A DNA stretch of 64,000 nt, from the NCBI RefSeq assembly GCF_006345805.1, contig NC_042998.1:184822001-184886000 (forward strand), read 5' to 3'. Made by a program: the position numbers and the translations under genes. Positions 63,893 through 64,000 of the stretch are shown in pieces. Under the pieces are notes generated by a model. The model did not search any database, had not been told where the DNA came from, and saw nothing but the letters and a program-made list of their open reading frames with translations. Position 1 is the first letter of the stretch. Every line of letters starts with the position of its first letter. The stretch is from Octopus sinensis (Eukaryota).

Positions 63893-64000
63893 CTGCAAAT
63901 GTATAATTTTCAGTTCATATTATTCTATATCAATTATGACATTTTATGTAGAAGTTACTGGCTATTTATATTTCGAATTGAGTTGCACAACTTTGGAATG

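Overview
AT-rich, repeat-saturated eukaryotic DNA (intronic or intergenic). It looks like an octopus/coleoid cephalopod genome, inferred from the SINE repertoire and the very high microsatellite density. No intact protein-coding gene is visible, and almost all ORFs in the track are microsatellite artefacts. Recognisable decayed autonomous elements are a DD37D (maT) transposase, a Penelope GIY-YIG endonuclease, RTE (one with C-terminal C2H2 fingers), CR1, R4/Dong and L1/Tx1 LINEs. Non-autonomous elements include three tRNA-type SINE families, Helitrons, and hAT, Tc1 and Merlin-like MITEs. The most notable feature is an intact canonical Type I hammerhead ribozyme (51621-51690, duplicated at 53323-53392). 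It sits in a ~352-nt unit with ~124 nt of terminal redundancy, the signature expected of a retrotransposed circular RNA (non-LTR retrozyme). About a dozen minimal or decayed Penelope-type hammerhead motifs and several long foldback palindromes beside (TA)n tracts are scattered through the window. Other oddities are a 75-bp duplication flanking a Helitron, a ~307-bp duplication flanking a SINE, a trimeric SINE with one target-site duplication (TSD), a 330-bp-arm foldback, a MITE carrying telomere repeats, and a near-identical 1.7-kb tandem duplication that may be an assembly artefact.
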